From assembly GCA_964016885.1 (NCBI GenBank), contig OZ024742.1, positions 98,704,001 to 98,768,000 of the forward strand: DNA of 64,000 nucleotides, read 5' to 3'. The notes beneath the pieces are model-generated. The model did not search any database, was not told the DNA's origin, and was given only the letters and a program-made list of their open reading frames with translations. Every line of letters begins with the position of its first letter. The first letter of the stretch is position 1. Made by a program: the position numbers and the translations under genes. The DNA is from Eledone cirrhosa. Its lineage: Eukaryota. Below, one piece after another: positions 49,181-64,000 of the stretch.

Positions 49181-49700
49181 TGTAGCGGCCCCTTACGGCT
49201 GTTACTCAGCACGTATAAGAATTACGTCCCTTTGCGACGGGCGCGACTCCCGGCGGCAGATTCATGTAGTAAACGGAGTTGCGTCCCCCTGGGGACTATA
49301 TAGTCGAGGACAATCAAAACATAAAACACACTCTACTCCTGAATGTCGAAGGGACAAGTACACCTGAGACCTTGTCAAGAGATGACTCCTGTTTCACTTC
49401 CTTCGCACCCAAGAAGAAGAACACCGGCAGCCTAAAGAAACACTTGAACCTTACCAAGAGAAGATTTTTTGTTCTTCGACACACACTCCAGTCGGGGAGT
49501 TGTGACCACCTGAATATCAACGTGTGGTAACAATTATTTATATCAATTTATTTGACTTCTGTGAAGTAAAACCATGTCACAACTCTCACCTGCATTTATT
49601 GTCATTCTTGATAATATTTATATACACTGATACTAATCTCCTAAAGGATATTGTATCATTAAATCAACGTATTAACTACCCGCAATTGGTGCAGCCCGTC
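49181..49700 (+). mobile_element. Possible LTR (~504 bp) followed by a primer-binding-site-like sequence
   Basis: GC-richer island starting TGTAGCGG and ending CCGCA at 49684, then AT-TGGTGCAGCC; internal TATATA at ~49298. Confidence 0.4.
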
Positions 49701-52352
49701 TTTATGGTGTTGTTCGGGATGTTTGACTGAGTGTACATCATGGCATTGATGTGGGCCTTCGAATTGCTTGGCGGTGCACACTCACCTCCAAACACCCAGT
49801 CAATACATTTTATTTGCCAGTAGACGTAGTTACCGGAGTTTAGCTAAAAAGTGTTCTGGTAACAGAAGTGAGAGTCTGGTAAAAATGATTGTGCCCGTCC
49901 ATTCTTAATGATGCCAATGATAGTCATTAAGGTATTCTCTCTAACTCGAAAACCTCGGTTTTCAGATAATGTTTCTTTAAATCCTGGATGCGTCCGGCAT
50001 TGCAATAACGTTCCTACAAATCATTTCCCTCAATTGTCAAAGAAACATTAAATAACCCTGTATCCAATATTGAAATAAAGTAGTTTTTTTATCGTTGCAC
50101 AATACATTCAAAGAGACTGGAAAACAGTACATCTGAGTTTGAAAGAATGATTCATTAAACTGCATGATTAGTAGCGGTACAATTATATAGGTGAATGCTG
50201 TTAACTGTAGTAAATTTGTATTGATAGTTAATGGAAGTAAAAGCTTACATGCTATAACAATTAAGGTCTTGTATGTGATGGCATCGGATATTTAAAATGT
50301 AATTGTATTGTTATTTGATACTGAAAGCAATCTGAAATATGTAGGACAACAGCATTATTGAATTCGCAAGAGATTTGTGGTGTTTAGAAATATTGAGATT
50401 GAAATGAAAATCAAAGACAATCAAAACTGTGTCATCCGAAAAATTGTCAATGTTTGACTACAGAATTTGTCTAGAAAATTGACTGCGGATTAACATTCGG
50501 TGATTGGAAAGCATATCATAAGGTATTAGTTTCGAAAACCACTTAAATAAATTGCGATTAGCTAGCATGTCGCCGTTGTTAAAGAATGCAGTTCAGTGCC
50601 ACTGAGGGACACCTTGGACAAGTGCCTTCTAATGAACGTTATTATAGCCACGGTTCTAGCAATAATGCGTTAGTGAAATTTGTTAGATGGAAACACTAAG
50701 GCAACCCATCTCATATATGTGTTTTTTTTATTTATTAGGGGGCTATATGTATGTATGTGGTTGTGTTTATGTTTACTGTTTCTTTATGTTCTGTAACGTA
50801 ATGGTTCAACGTAGTAGTTCAATGTAGTAGTTGAAATAATTAACATATATCAGAATGGTAGTCATGAGCATTCAGGAATACAAACATATTCTATTTTCCC
50901 ACCATAAATTATTTCATCAAAATTATCAATTAGCTTCTCCCTGTCGAAATATGACCTACAGAAATTGGAAATTTTTAAAAAGATGTTTTATACAAACAGG
51001 TATTATTTCAATGATCATTCATCAATTGACAATATGATTATTGTATTAATAATATCAATATTATACCATTGTGCTATCTTTAGTTCCCTCAAAATTAATG
51101 TAGTGTAACTGTATTGTCCCGTAACTGTCACTTATTTCTGGTGGATGCAATTACTTTCAAGTTGTAAATACAGCCGATTTCGTCTAAGTAAAGAGAGAGA
51201 AAAGAGGAATAGCGAGGGAGTGAAAGAGGGATAAATATGAAATGTGATAGAAGAAATCTACCACAGCATTTGAACGTTACTTTATTTATCGAACTCTAAA
51301 AATGAAAGGCAACTTTGGCCTAGGTGGTATTAGAGTAAGTAGTGAGGTGGAACGAAAACGCTAAGCATTCTATCCCACCTTCTAACGCTCCTTCCAATTA
51401 GACGCGAGTTCACGCTGACATAGATTAATTCGTATTTTCAAAACATCATCCTCTGCTTTTTCAATTTATAAAAGTTCCCTTATTTGTAATAAAATATCTG
51501 AGAATTTCAAAACCATCTTATTAAAACGGAACTTTGATCTTTACAAACTTCCATCATTTCTTTTCCACTTGATTAATTTATCTAAACTCTGTTCTAATTT
51601 TGCTCGTATCTATCATCACGTTCATTTAATTATCCAATCGCCAAACTCCACATTACTATTAAACCATATATGTTTATTCATTTTTATTTTTGTATTAGCT
51701 GTTAACTTTTACGTGTATCTAGATTACCTTTTCCGAAATTATTTCTTTATCACTTCTTGTGTAATTATTTATTTAGCTGTATAACATTAAGTTTTTTTTC
51801 TGAATTACTTGTTTGCAATATGTGGCTTTTTATGATATACATTTAAGATATACAATCTCCCAAAAGTTTGTAATACTTTCCTTCTAGTTCATATTTCGAT
51901 TTCCTTTCTGATGTCTCATTCTTTTTAGGTTTCCTCCAGTGTTTCCTTCATTCACTTTCCTTAAACTTGCTCTCTCAGATTTTATATATTACTTAATTTA
52001 TTTTGAATATATCATTGTTTCCCAAATGATCAAATTGTTTCCCAAATGTTCAAATTGTTTCCCATAACTGACCGAAACATACAGATATAAAGATTAACAA
52101 TTTGATATAACCTCATATTTAGAAATATTTTAATAGGTTCTTTACATTTATATATATTGTTAAATTTCAACAAATATATTACATCTCAGAAAAACAACAA
52201 AGTGTAACATTTTCTAAAGTTCTTTGATCTGAAAACGCACACTACTAAATCTCTTTCAAATTTGCATGGTTTAAAAAAATGCACAAGAAACGCTCTATGT
52301 CAATACGGTGTCATTATAGTTCATCAGGAGTTACGGGACAATACCAAACCAT

Positions 52353-52544
52353 GTGGTGGATTGGCAGTATCGGTAGAGGGTCTGACGCTATGCTTTGCAG
52401 CAAAGAGTTACGGCCATTTATGGTCTGAGTTCAAATCCCGCTGAGGTTAACTTTGTCTTTCATCCATACAGGATCGATAAAATAATGTACCAGTAATATA
52501 CTGAGGTAATTGCTAGCCTTGTGCCAAACGTAGAAACAATTATT
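52353..52544 (+). mobile_element. SINE family 1, full length
   Basis: Matches 4171-4353. Confidence 0.9.
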
Positions 52545-52590
52545 TCTTTTTTACTTGCTCTGGAATAGTAGCGTTGCTATAATTTTTTGT

Positions 52591-52633
52591 TCACCAACGT
52601 TTCGTAGGTATAACTGCTGCATCTTCAGAATCA
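52591..52633 (-). ncRNA. Degenerate minimal hammerhead
   Basis: TGATT CTGAAGA T GCAG..CTAC GAA ACGT T GGTGA; intact core boxes and palindromic ACGT stem III. Confidence 0.5.
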
Positions 52634-53211
52634 GAATGGTTATATAAATGTGCTTAGCTATGGCCGTAGAATTTCATATACGTAAATAACGCACGCTTGA
52701 TTTAATATATCTCAACTATTTAAGCGTGGCAGTTATTATTTTATATATATTGTATCTGTGTGTATTGTTTTAACTTTATATTACAAGAGACTTCGTAGGT
52801 ATTACTAGCGAACTCTATATAAAAGCTGCGTTATCAACTAACGTATTGTCATATAATTATTTTGCATGTACTATATGGAAACGTTTCCATAGCTCCTTGT
52901 TTTAAGTGAGTGGTTAACCTACTAGCAAGTGCAGTGCTTGACAGAGCAATGTAGTAATGTTGGCCATGAAGAACTAAACTTTCAGGTTTTATAACGATTA
53001 ATGTTTATAATTGTTATTTTCATAATTTCAAATCGAAAGCCAGTGCATCATCTGCTAGGATTATCCGTACAAGCATATATTTTTCTTCCCTTACATACTC
53101 ACAAAAGAAATCTCTCATTATTTCCTTCATTTCTTATTTAGGACGCCAGGTAGGTAGATTTGATACGGTACCATCTGCCTTGATGTAATTAATTACTGGT
53201 ACTTATATATA

Positions 53212-53248
<37 letters not shown>

Positions 53249-53339
53249 CCGATCGACTTTCGTCAAATCGGACCAAAGAAACAATGTTTCCATTGGTCTT
53301 TCCAATTACAAATACTACCTATAGATCGCAACTCCAGAT

Positions 53340-53459
53340 AGAATGAGCAACGCGAAATAAAGTACTCAAGGACACATAATGCATCACCCGGTCCGGGAAT
53401 CGAACTCACAAATTCACGATTGCGAATCAAATTCTCAAACAAATCAACCACGTGCCTTC
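53340..53459 (-). mobile_element. tRNA-derived SINE head (family 2 type)
   Basis: Minus strand GGCACGTGGTTGA..GAGTTCGATTCCCGG..TGTGTCCTTGAG..TTTATTTC. Confidence 0.7.
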
Positions 53460-53508
53460 ACTACCTATGTGTGTGTATGTGTGTGTATGTCTGTTTGTGT
53501 GTGGTGTG

Positions 53509-53554
<46 letters not shown>

Positions 53555-54376
53555 CGTATATACTCATATATGGATGCACACGAACGTATTTTGAGAGATT
53601 CATGGAGGGAAATCATGTGTGGAATCCGATATTATTGTAATTTGGTTGAATCATAAATCTTGTATAAACACACAATATTTGAACCTGACTTTGGTTTTGA
53701 TATCAAACAAACATTTAATTAATTAATTAATTAATAATTTAATTAATCAATTAATTTGATTGTCATATTTCTTTAGTCTCAGTTTTTGACCTTATCGATG
53801 ATGATGTCCTAATGCGCTTACTCTTCATCAAGAGTTACTCCTTATTTTATGTTCGTTTTAAGGGCGAAATAATCTTATGATACTATTTTTTGTAGAAAAA
53901 GGTATCCCTCTTTGGATAGCGCCTCCTTTTAAACGTGAGCTATTAGAAAAAATGTACAAAAGCACAAAATACAATTTTCAAATGAACTTTGCTTAGAATA
54001 TTTAAGACAGAAACAAACAACTCCATGAAAAGTTTATGATTATAAAAACCTCTATAAGTGGATAAATTACAACAACAAAAAAATTATTATTTTAAAGCGG
54101 TAAAATATTACAAATATGTAAAGAAGATGTGTTCCTTGAAATCAGAAGCATATTTTTAAAAAATCGTACTTACTCTCCACAACGAGATTCCATACAAAAT
54201 ATAAAACGTAGACATAAAATATGTTATAGCGATAGTAACAAACCAATTTTCCGTCAGGTTTTGTCAATTACTCTCACTTACGTTATGTTAAGAGCAGCAA
54301 TAGATAGCGCAATAGCATTTTATCAGATGGTCAAACAAGTATATCAATCCTCTATCTTCAAAGTACATTAAAATAT

Positions 54377-54501
54377 TAATAATTGCTTCTACTTTTGGGA
54401 CAAGGCTAGCAATTTCCCCAGTGAATTACTGATACTTTATTGTATCGAACCCATAAGGATGAAAGGCAAAGTTAACCCCGACGGGATTTGAACTCAGAAC
54501 G
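54377..54501 (-). mobile_element. SINE family 1, 5'-truncated
   Basis: AAGGATGAAAGGCAAAGTTAACCCCGACGGGATTTGAACTCAGA. Confidence 0.85.
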
Positions 54502-56274
54502 TACTTACGCAGCTGCTATTACTTTTAAGCAATAGACCTCCCCAATATGCACCAAACACCACATTAATGAATAGCCTTAATATATTTATAACCCATCTAA
54601 TAATCCAAGTGGAATATTAGCATTCAATTAAACGAGTGTCTTTAAGAGTATCTACTTATCGTCAAATGAATAGGCTTTAATGAGATGTCTGAATATTCTA
54701 TCGAATCATTGAATAATTGTGGTTAAAGTGGAAAAGTAAAACATATATATCCTGTGTTAACCCTCATGAAACATGTAAAAAAACATTTGAATTTGTATCG
54801 TGTAGTATTCTTTTACACCCTTCAATCGAAGCATTTATTCGGTCATCTTCAGAAATAATTTCCCCAAATCTCTAAACCAAATACTAAACCGAAAGTATAT
54901 AGAAGATATTTTATGCAATTACTTACATTTTTTAACAAAGACAAGCTAACTCTAATCGCAAATTAAAATTCAGTCTGACTACCGACACGGTGAGAATTGT
55001 AATTAAATGTTGACAAATACTTGATTACTTATATAATCAAAGTTTTGTCATTTTCACTGGCATAAGTTGGCATTGAAACGATTCCTCCACTGTAAAAATC
55101 ATTTTTTAACAGCATTCATATAATTTAAAACAACGGTAAAGAAAAGCCCATACATCGCTCTGGAGCGAGAGCTTTAACGTCATCCTGTACTCCTTTCAAC
55201 ATTATTTTGAAAATTTTAGTTTTCGCCTAAGTCTATGCCAACGACATGAATCCGAGTCAGCGCTGGACATCAAAATCATAAAGTTCTAATTTTCCAACGC
55301 TTCAATTTACTTTATCAAAATTCCCAATTAGTATCACTGTGTCGAAAGAATGTGTCATGAGACAAGGATGATTTAAACATATAATACTTGCAATATAATA
55401 TTGATCACACATTTACACAGCCCTTGAATATACTTGCATACTGTTAATTATGTCTATATTCTCTAATATTGCTTTTACTCTTTCATAGTATACACTTTCA
55501 CGTAAAGTTCATTGAATCATAAATTAATAATGCATTTTCAATAACACCTCCTGCTCTGCCAATTCATATAATGTACCGTCTTTGTAACGAAATCTGAAAG
55601 AAACTTAATATCTTATTAACCTAGAAACTTGATCTTTATACGGTTACATTTTTTATACCATTAATCGAATTTAAGTAAACCTATATCCAATTTTCCCTCT
55701 ATTTGTTATCACGCTCATTTAATTATTCAACTTCTAGCCTAAACAGCACTCTTAAACCATATATCGTTTGGCATTAATTTTAGATCACGTTTTGATGCTA
55801 TCTCTTCTACCAATATTTGCTTATTATTCCTATTCAATTATTTATTTAACTATATGGTATTCCCTTTTATCGAATGATTCATTTGTATCACTTCTATGTA
55901 TTTGTACTTTTAACCTCATATTTAGGTCATGATATACATTTTTGACGTTCTATATAACATTTTCTCTATATTATTTATACCATTTTAATTTTATACTTTG
56001 TTTGGTAGTTCATTCTCTTTTCAATTCACCGCCTTAATTCCAATATATATTATTCGCACATTTTCTTTGATTTGTGGTTTGTTTTCTAATTCTAATATAG
56101 AGCATACACACACATATACAGTAATATTATTGTCTTAAAACAGTAGTATTTAAAAGAGTAGTCTCAGTCACACTGTATGCACTCGTTTCATATAATCTCT
56201 TGAAAATGTTCACAAAATATAATTAAATTCTGTTAAATTCTGTATATATATATATATATATATTGAACTGTATA

Positions 56275-56323
<49 letters not shown>

Positions 56324-56515
56324 TTCAAGAGTAACCAATCTTAAAGAGAGAGATGGAGATAGGAGAGGAGATAGGAGAGGTGATAGGAGAGGAGAAGAGA
56401 GATTGGTGAATTAGTTAGAAGCCAAAGCGTAAAGGCATGTGCTCAATGTGTAATATGCAGTGGAAGGCAGCTAGGTGGCTGGGTTCATGCAGAGGTTAGG
56501 TGCGCAGAGCTGGAA

Positions 56516-58177
<1,662 letters not shown>

Positions 58178-60302
58178 ACTACTGTCACCTTTCATTGAAA
58201 AATATGAAGTAAAACCTGTATTGTTTATATTCGAAATTCTGTTTCCAATTATTTGTTTCCTATAAACATTTTTCATAACCAAACATAATTTCTGATTGTG
58301 TGTAAAATAATCGCAACGGAAAAATGCTTTGTTTAGAGATGTTGAACTATGGATTGCAAAATATATTTGCTCAATAACAAAATATAAATAACTTAAAACT
58401 TTTAATATTCGATCTAATTTTAACCTTATAGAAAAACGTGAGATTTCCAGGTATATCTAAATATGCTTGATTCGTTTCCCTGTATTTTTCAATCAACTTA
58501 TATCTAACCTTTCGTCAGTTACAATCACGGAAAATATAATATTCAACAGTATCTGTAGACGTGAGCGGTCACGATATTTCTGTCTTGGACCTTTTAGCAT
58601 AAGGTAAAACATGTTACGTACATGAACATACAAGCACAAACTATATTAAAACGTGACTTACCGTCGGTAAACTAAAATACGTCTTAAAAACTTTCCTCAT
58701 CCACAAATACTAAAAACGCATCTTCAAAAATGTATCCCATGGTAGACTCATAAATCCGAATAAAAAAATGTATCTAATATTTTCCAAATGTAAGTCTATG
58801 GAATGTCATTGCAACCACAATCAATTTCAATCGCCCCAAAAGGAGACACATGCAGAAATTCATACAATTACAATTCTTAGCTATTACAAACTAAGAAGCC
58901 ATGATATGCTAAATTCTATCCACTTTGAAAAGAAAACATTGATATCGTAAAAGAAATCACACAGGTTATAATTGCATGCCAAAATCATGCGTGTTGTTTT
59001 TAAAAGTTCGAAGTAGGGAACGTTGCTTTTCCTACTGAAAATAACAATATTGCATTAATCTCTTAGCTAGTAGACTTTTTCTTAGCCCAAAACAAAGGAA
59101 ATAATTGTTATGGCATTAGCGCTAGTCCCTACAAAGACAACGGGCCCGAAATCTTTAACAGCGTAGGTTGATGTACATCTAATATACTCCAAAAATTGCA
59201 GCTTTCAAAATATTCATATCTAAAGGTGAACTTAAGTTTCTTACGTACCTCTTTTAAACAATAACTGCAACCTCAACACTTACAACAGATCGAAGACATG
59301 CAAACTCTTCCCTAGAGTGTAACACTATATCAACCATCAACATACATCAATCACAAAATAACTGATCCAAATTCATCTCACCTTACCACCATACATCAAC
59401 ATTTCTGCTAACGAAATTTTTAACTGACGAATTTCCGTGTTATTGACGTAAATGTATAAAGTAAATTTCAACTGATTTTTAATTCGTCGCATTTTAAATT
59501 AACTTATTTTTATACATAATTAAACATGTTCAAGTTTATCGTCAAGTAATTGTTCGACAACTTTAAAAAATTCTATTGATGTTTTCTAATCGATTAAACA
59601 GATAAATTCAACTACTTCTCTTTTATTGTTTATTTGATGTATATTTATTCATTTTTGTACAAATAAGTGAGATAATATACGTATTTATTTAAAAACGTTT
59701 CGCTCTCAACTAATTTCTTGTATCCCATATTTTATTGGCTTCTGATTCATCACATGAAATGAAATGAAATAAATTACCTCATAATTTCAATAGTGAGATT
59801 ACTTTCTGTTATCTTTATACGTTAATTTAATTTAATTTCAATTAAATATTTGTTTTATGATGCTGAACATTGTTAGATAACGTTTTAAATGAAATATCAT
59901 TACACAGCATTGTAATTATTTATATAATTCTTTATACGTGTAATGAAATTTGTTTAATTGTAGATATTATGCTACAATATCTCAACATTAACCTGTTATA
60001 CCTCTTGTTCATAAACTGAGGCATTTTCAATTTAAGGGATTTGCATCTAAATATTTATTAAATATTGAAATAATTAATATAAACACATGTGTCACAGGTG
60101 TAAAAAAAAACTCCCTAAGCCCCCAATATAGGCTTACATTTAATCGTATTATCCTAATATATTACTTGTTTTTCTTAATTGATCATTACACAACGTTCAT
60201 TTCGTATTTGTTGCTTTAGACGCTTACTGTTACAGCACCCTTTGAAATCAGATAGAGTTTCAGACAGAATTACTGCCATTTTCTCTCTCTCTCTCTCTCT
60301 CG

Positions 60303-60390
<88 letters not shown>

Positions 60391-61256
60391 CTATCTCTCC
60401 CCACCTTTTGAACAACACATTATCAAGGATTTCACCAAATTGGGTACGATCCTTGGAGTTTCAAGCTGCAATACTATATATATATGTGTGTGTGTCTGTT
60501 ATTATATTGATGCTATGTATACAGAAACTATATCTATATATTCGCATTAATACAGCTGTGTATGTGTGTGTATGATCCTATGCGTGTGTTCCCTTCGTGT
60601 GCGGTTGCCTTTGCGTAGGGCGCGTTGCCGAGGTTGTTCTTGCGTCGAAGTAAAATGCTTTGCAGAATTTATTCCGGTTTTCCTTCAAACTTTCCTTCTA
60701 TTTCTCATCACGCCCGTATTGGCCGTTATCCCTTCGTGTCCACCAGTTAGCGGCTCTATTTTTGTAACGAACGTATGATATGTAGTATCATTTATGACGT
60801 TACACACTGACCAATCACAGCAGATAACCATCCAGATGCCTATGCACCCGAGTACACGCACATGCACATAAACAAACACAATAACCACTAAAATTGGGTC
60901 AGGTTCCAACTATCATCATATATTTACCACTATCGACAAACGCATTTTCGATCCCTCCAACACTTTCCAAATAATTTAGCCTACTTCTGATTATTGAATT
61001 CCTAAGTGGACTGACAACACCTATACGGGATTTCTAACCATTTTCGTGTGTCTATCTTTTTTTTCTACTCTCTCCAGAAAATTCCTGTTTCTTTCTATTT
61101 TTCCATGAAGGAAAAGGACCAAAAAGGTTAAGACTCTTTTCTAACTCTTACCAAATGTTAAATAAATATAGCATCACTTTACTGTATTTTTAAACTCTAC
61201 TTTCTTTGAATGTTCATACACACACACACACATACACACAGGCACATACACACACG

Positions 61257-61400
<144 letters not shown>

Positions 61401-61678
61401 GTATACATGAATAATTATATTTATATATATATATATATTTATGTGTGTGTATGTGAGTGTGTGTTATAATGTGCGTTTACAAATGTACAATCACAAAATA
61501 CAACAAGTATATACGCTCCCAGTCATATGTAAACAATGTCTTAATTCTCTTTATCAAGGAGATTAGTCTATTAACCAGAAACTTCAAAAGACACCGGCGC
61601 CTTAAAATAGCCTAATATGAAAATCGATATTTTTGAGATACACAAACACACACATACTTACACACACACACACACACA

Positions 61679-61723
<45 letters not shown>

Positions 61724-61773
61724 ATATGGATGTATACATAAACACGCCTGTATTCAATAGCATGCAGCTCTCT

Positions 61774-61825
<52 letters not shown>

Positions 61826-64000
61826 CCCCCACACACACATATATATATTCTATGTGTGTATATATATATATTCTATGTGTGTTTATTTATATTTTACATA
61901 TGACTGAAGAACCAGCTAATATTTCAAAGATAACAATCAATTAAATTTTATGGTATTTCAGTGAGATTCTGTAGTAGTAATCTATGTTATAAGTTCAAAT
62001 CTACGGTCACTTTCTTCCTGCTTTTAACGAGGCCTTGTAGCAATTTAACCTCTCAATTTCTACCTTATATTCAACCTCATTATCGAGAGGTCATTTGTTT
62101 CAGTAAATACCATTTAGGTAATCTGTACACTATGTTGTTAATAGAGCTACAAAGCCTCCCAGTATAATGTTAATTTTGTTTTCGAATCACATATACTTAT
62201 TGTTGCTTTTTATCATATTATATCGTTGAAATTGTAGATTGGCTACGATAATACCAAAGTTATATATCTAATCATTACGCATGAATGACGAGGTGGTATA
62301 GGTGTCTAGAGTTTCCAGCCATATTGCAGTGTTTTGCAGGTCTCAATCGCACCAGTCATTAATTTGGTACTTTTGTCAGATCCGCGAATACGAGGCATTT
62401 GTTTAGAAACGGGCATTTCTTGCCTAGTCAGAGCTACACTACAACTTTATGAGAGTTGTTTTGTCAACCAGTGTCTACCACTGTTGTCCGGGTTTGATTA
62501 TTCGTCCTGGAGGAATTCGCTCATATCGCAAATAACCGTCGTATCTGGTGGTTATATAGCTATTCACCACATTCGCCCCGTTCTCTAACAGAACAGCTCT
62601 GCTGAGACCATTGTTTCTCATTTCTTGCTCTATTTTGAGCTAATAAACGTGCCCCGTTCACAAAGACCTTTATGTCAGCCTAAGCTTAAAGAGGCAAGAC
62701 CCAGTAACATCCTAATTTCCCTAGATAAATGAATATTGAATATTGGGTACATTAATCGAAAAGAGAATTGAAAATTTACTTTCCCAAATATATATTGCCA
62801 CACTCTCTGAGTATATTTATTCTGCTCTAAAAACCCTACTGTATGTAATCTATGTTGGCAGAGAGAGTGTGTTAATTACCCGAACGATAATAGACAGCAT
62901 AAAGGGAAGAAAGGAAACAAACAGCTATAAAGATGAACATTTGCGTAGGCCTGTGCCTCTGTACCATTCGGTCAACAAAGCATCATTGCAAGAACCCGAA
63001 GTATATGTGCCGATAACCAGACTGCTGTGTTTCTCAAACATTTGCTAGATTGTTGCAGTGATGAGGAGCCTTTGAATGACTGACTAGATCTGACAACATT
63101 CTGTAACGTGAGAAACGACAGATGTTTCATATATCAAAAGCACAAACACTACTTATCTATGTTGGTCATTTTCTGTAACTGTCCATAGTTAATGCGCATG
63201 AAATTACACTAGGGTTTCGTGTGGTACATTCCTACTATGTACTTTTGTGATTTTGTTTTTATTCTGCCATCGCTAAAGTGAGTCAAATTTAAAAGTTGGG
63301 AATCTTTTATGAATTCAGATGTTTTCTAAAACTTATGTAATCTAAACTATGATAAAGGAAGGTCTCCGGGACTGCGTACGGTTTATTTTTTTTTTATCCC
63401 GTCAGTAAAATAAGTTGGATTACTTTGAATAAATAATCAATGAATATTACATAATTTATCTAGTAAATTTCGTAAACAAAAATAATTTCGTAAAAATAAA
63501 TAATTTAAAATTGACTTCTTTTCAAATTTGCACTTCCGGTATATCGTTGCGACCACCACCACTTCAACTACCATATATATAGAAAGAGAGATTGTGTGAT
63601 GTCAACACTTTCGGTGGCGATCACTTAAATAAACATACTATTTTTCTGTCACTAATTTTCTCCTATTGCAGTTTATATATAATATCGTCTTTTTTTAATG
63701 TATCATGGATTACGTTACTGATTACATAATACAGTGTAACATCGTCTTCGTTCAATTCCTGTTTATATTGTCAATTACGATTTTATTTGATGTATCATAT
63801 CTACATGTATATATATACCTGCGTATAATAACAATATACACATTACACATGCTAGCAGAAAACCACCCGAAGGGTGGTTTTTCTACTACTAACTATAATA
63901 TCCGTGGGCACATCACAGTAATTTCTATTGGACAGGTGACGCATCAGAATTTCTGGGCTAAATGCAGAAAATGAGGACTTCGCTTTGAGTACACAAGACT

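Noticed and set aside
49900-50500. Possible hAT remnant (EF.RRF..FRNIE)
   Set aside because: A single short motif only; insufficient support.

Overview
AT-rich, microsatellite-dense eukaryotic DNA with no convincing host protein-coding exon. It reads as intergenic or large-intron sequence, and the SINE families plus (TA)n/(CA)n load resemble a coleoid cephalopod (Octopus-like) genome; that taxon call is from recall, not a search. Most long ORFs in the track are low-complexity artefacts or decayed retroelement pieces. Content: (i) at least four Penelope-like elements (PLEs) sitting in or next to (TA)n, three with inverted pseudo-LTR arms (10105-13996, 30426-31436, 56516-58025). (ii) A series of type-I hammerhead ribozyme motifs in those arms and in solo remnants. 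(iii) Decayed LINEs: Tx1/L1-like, R4/Dong-like (one with a clean 5' inversion), RTE and CR1-like. (iv) A short bipartite RTE derivative. (v) Two tRNA-derived SINE families. (vi) MITE/foldback elements, a possible LTR, and a 4-kb compound minisatellite. The most notable signals are a near-complete C-terminal-GIY-YIG PLE whose RT has a telomerase-length insertion between motifs A and B', and a ~1-kb non-coding element carrying two outward-facing hammerheads with palindromic stem III.
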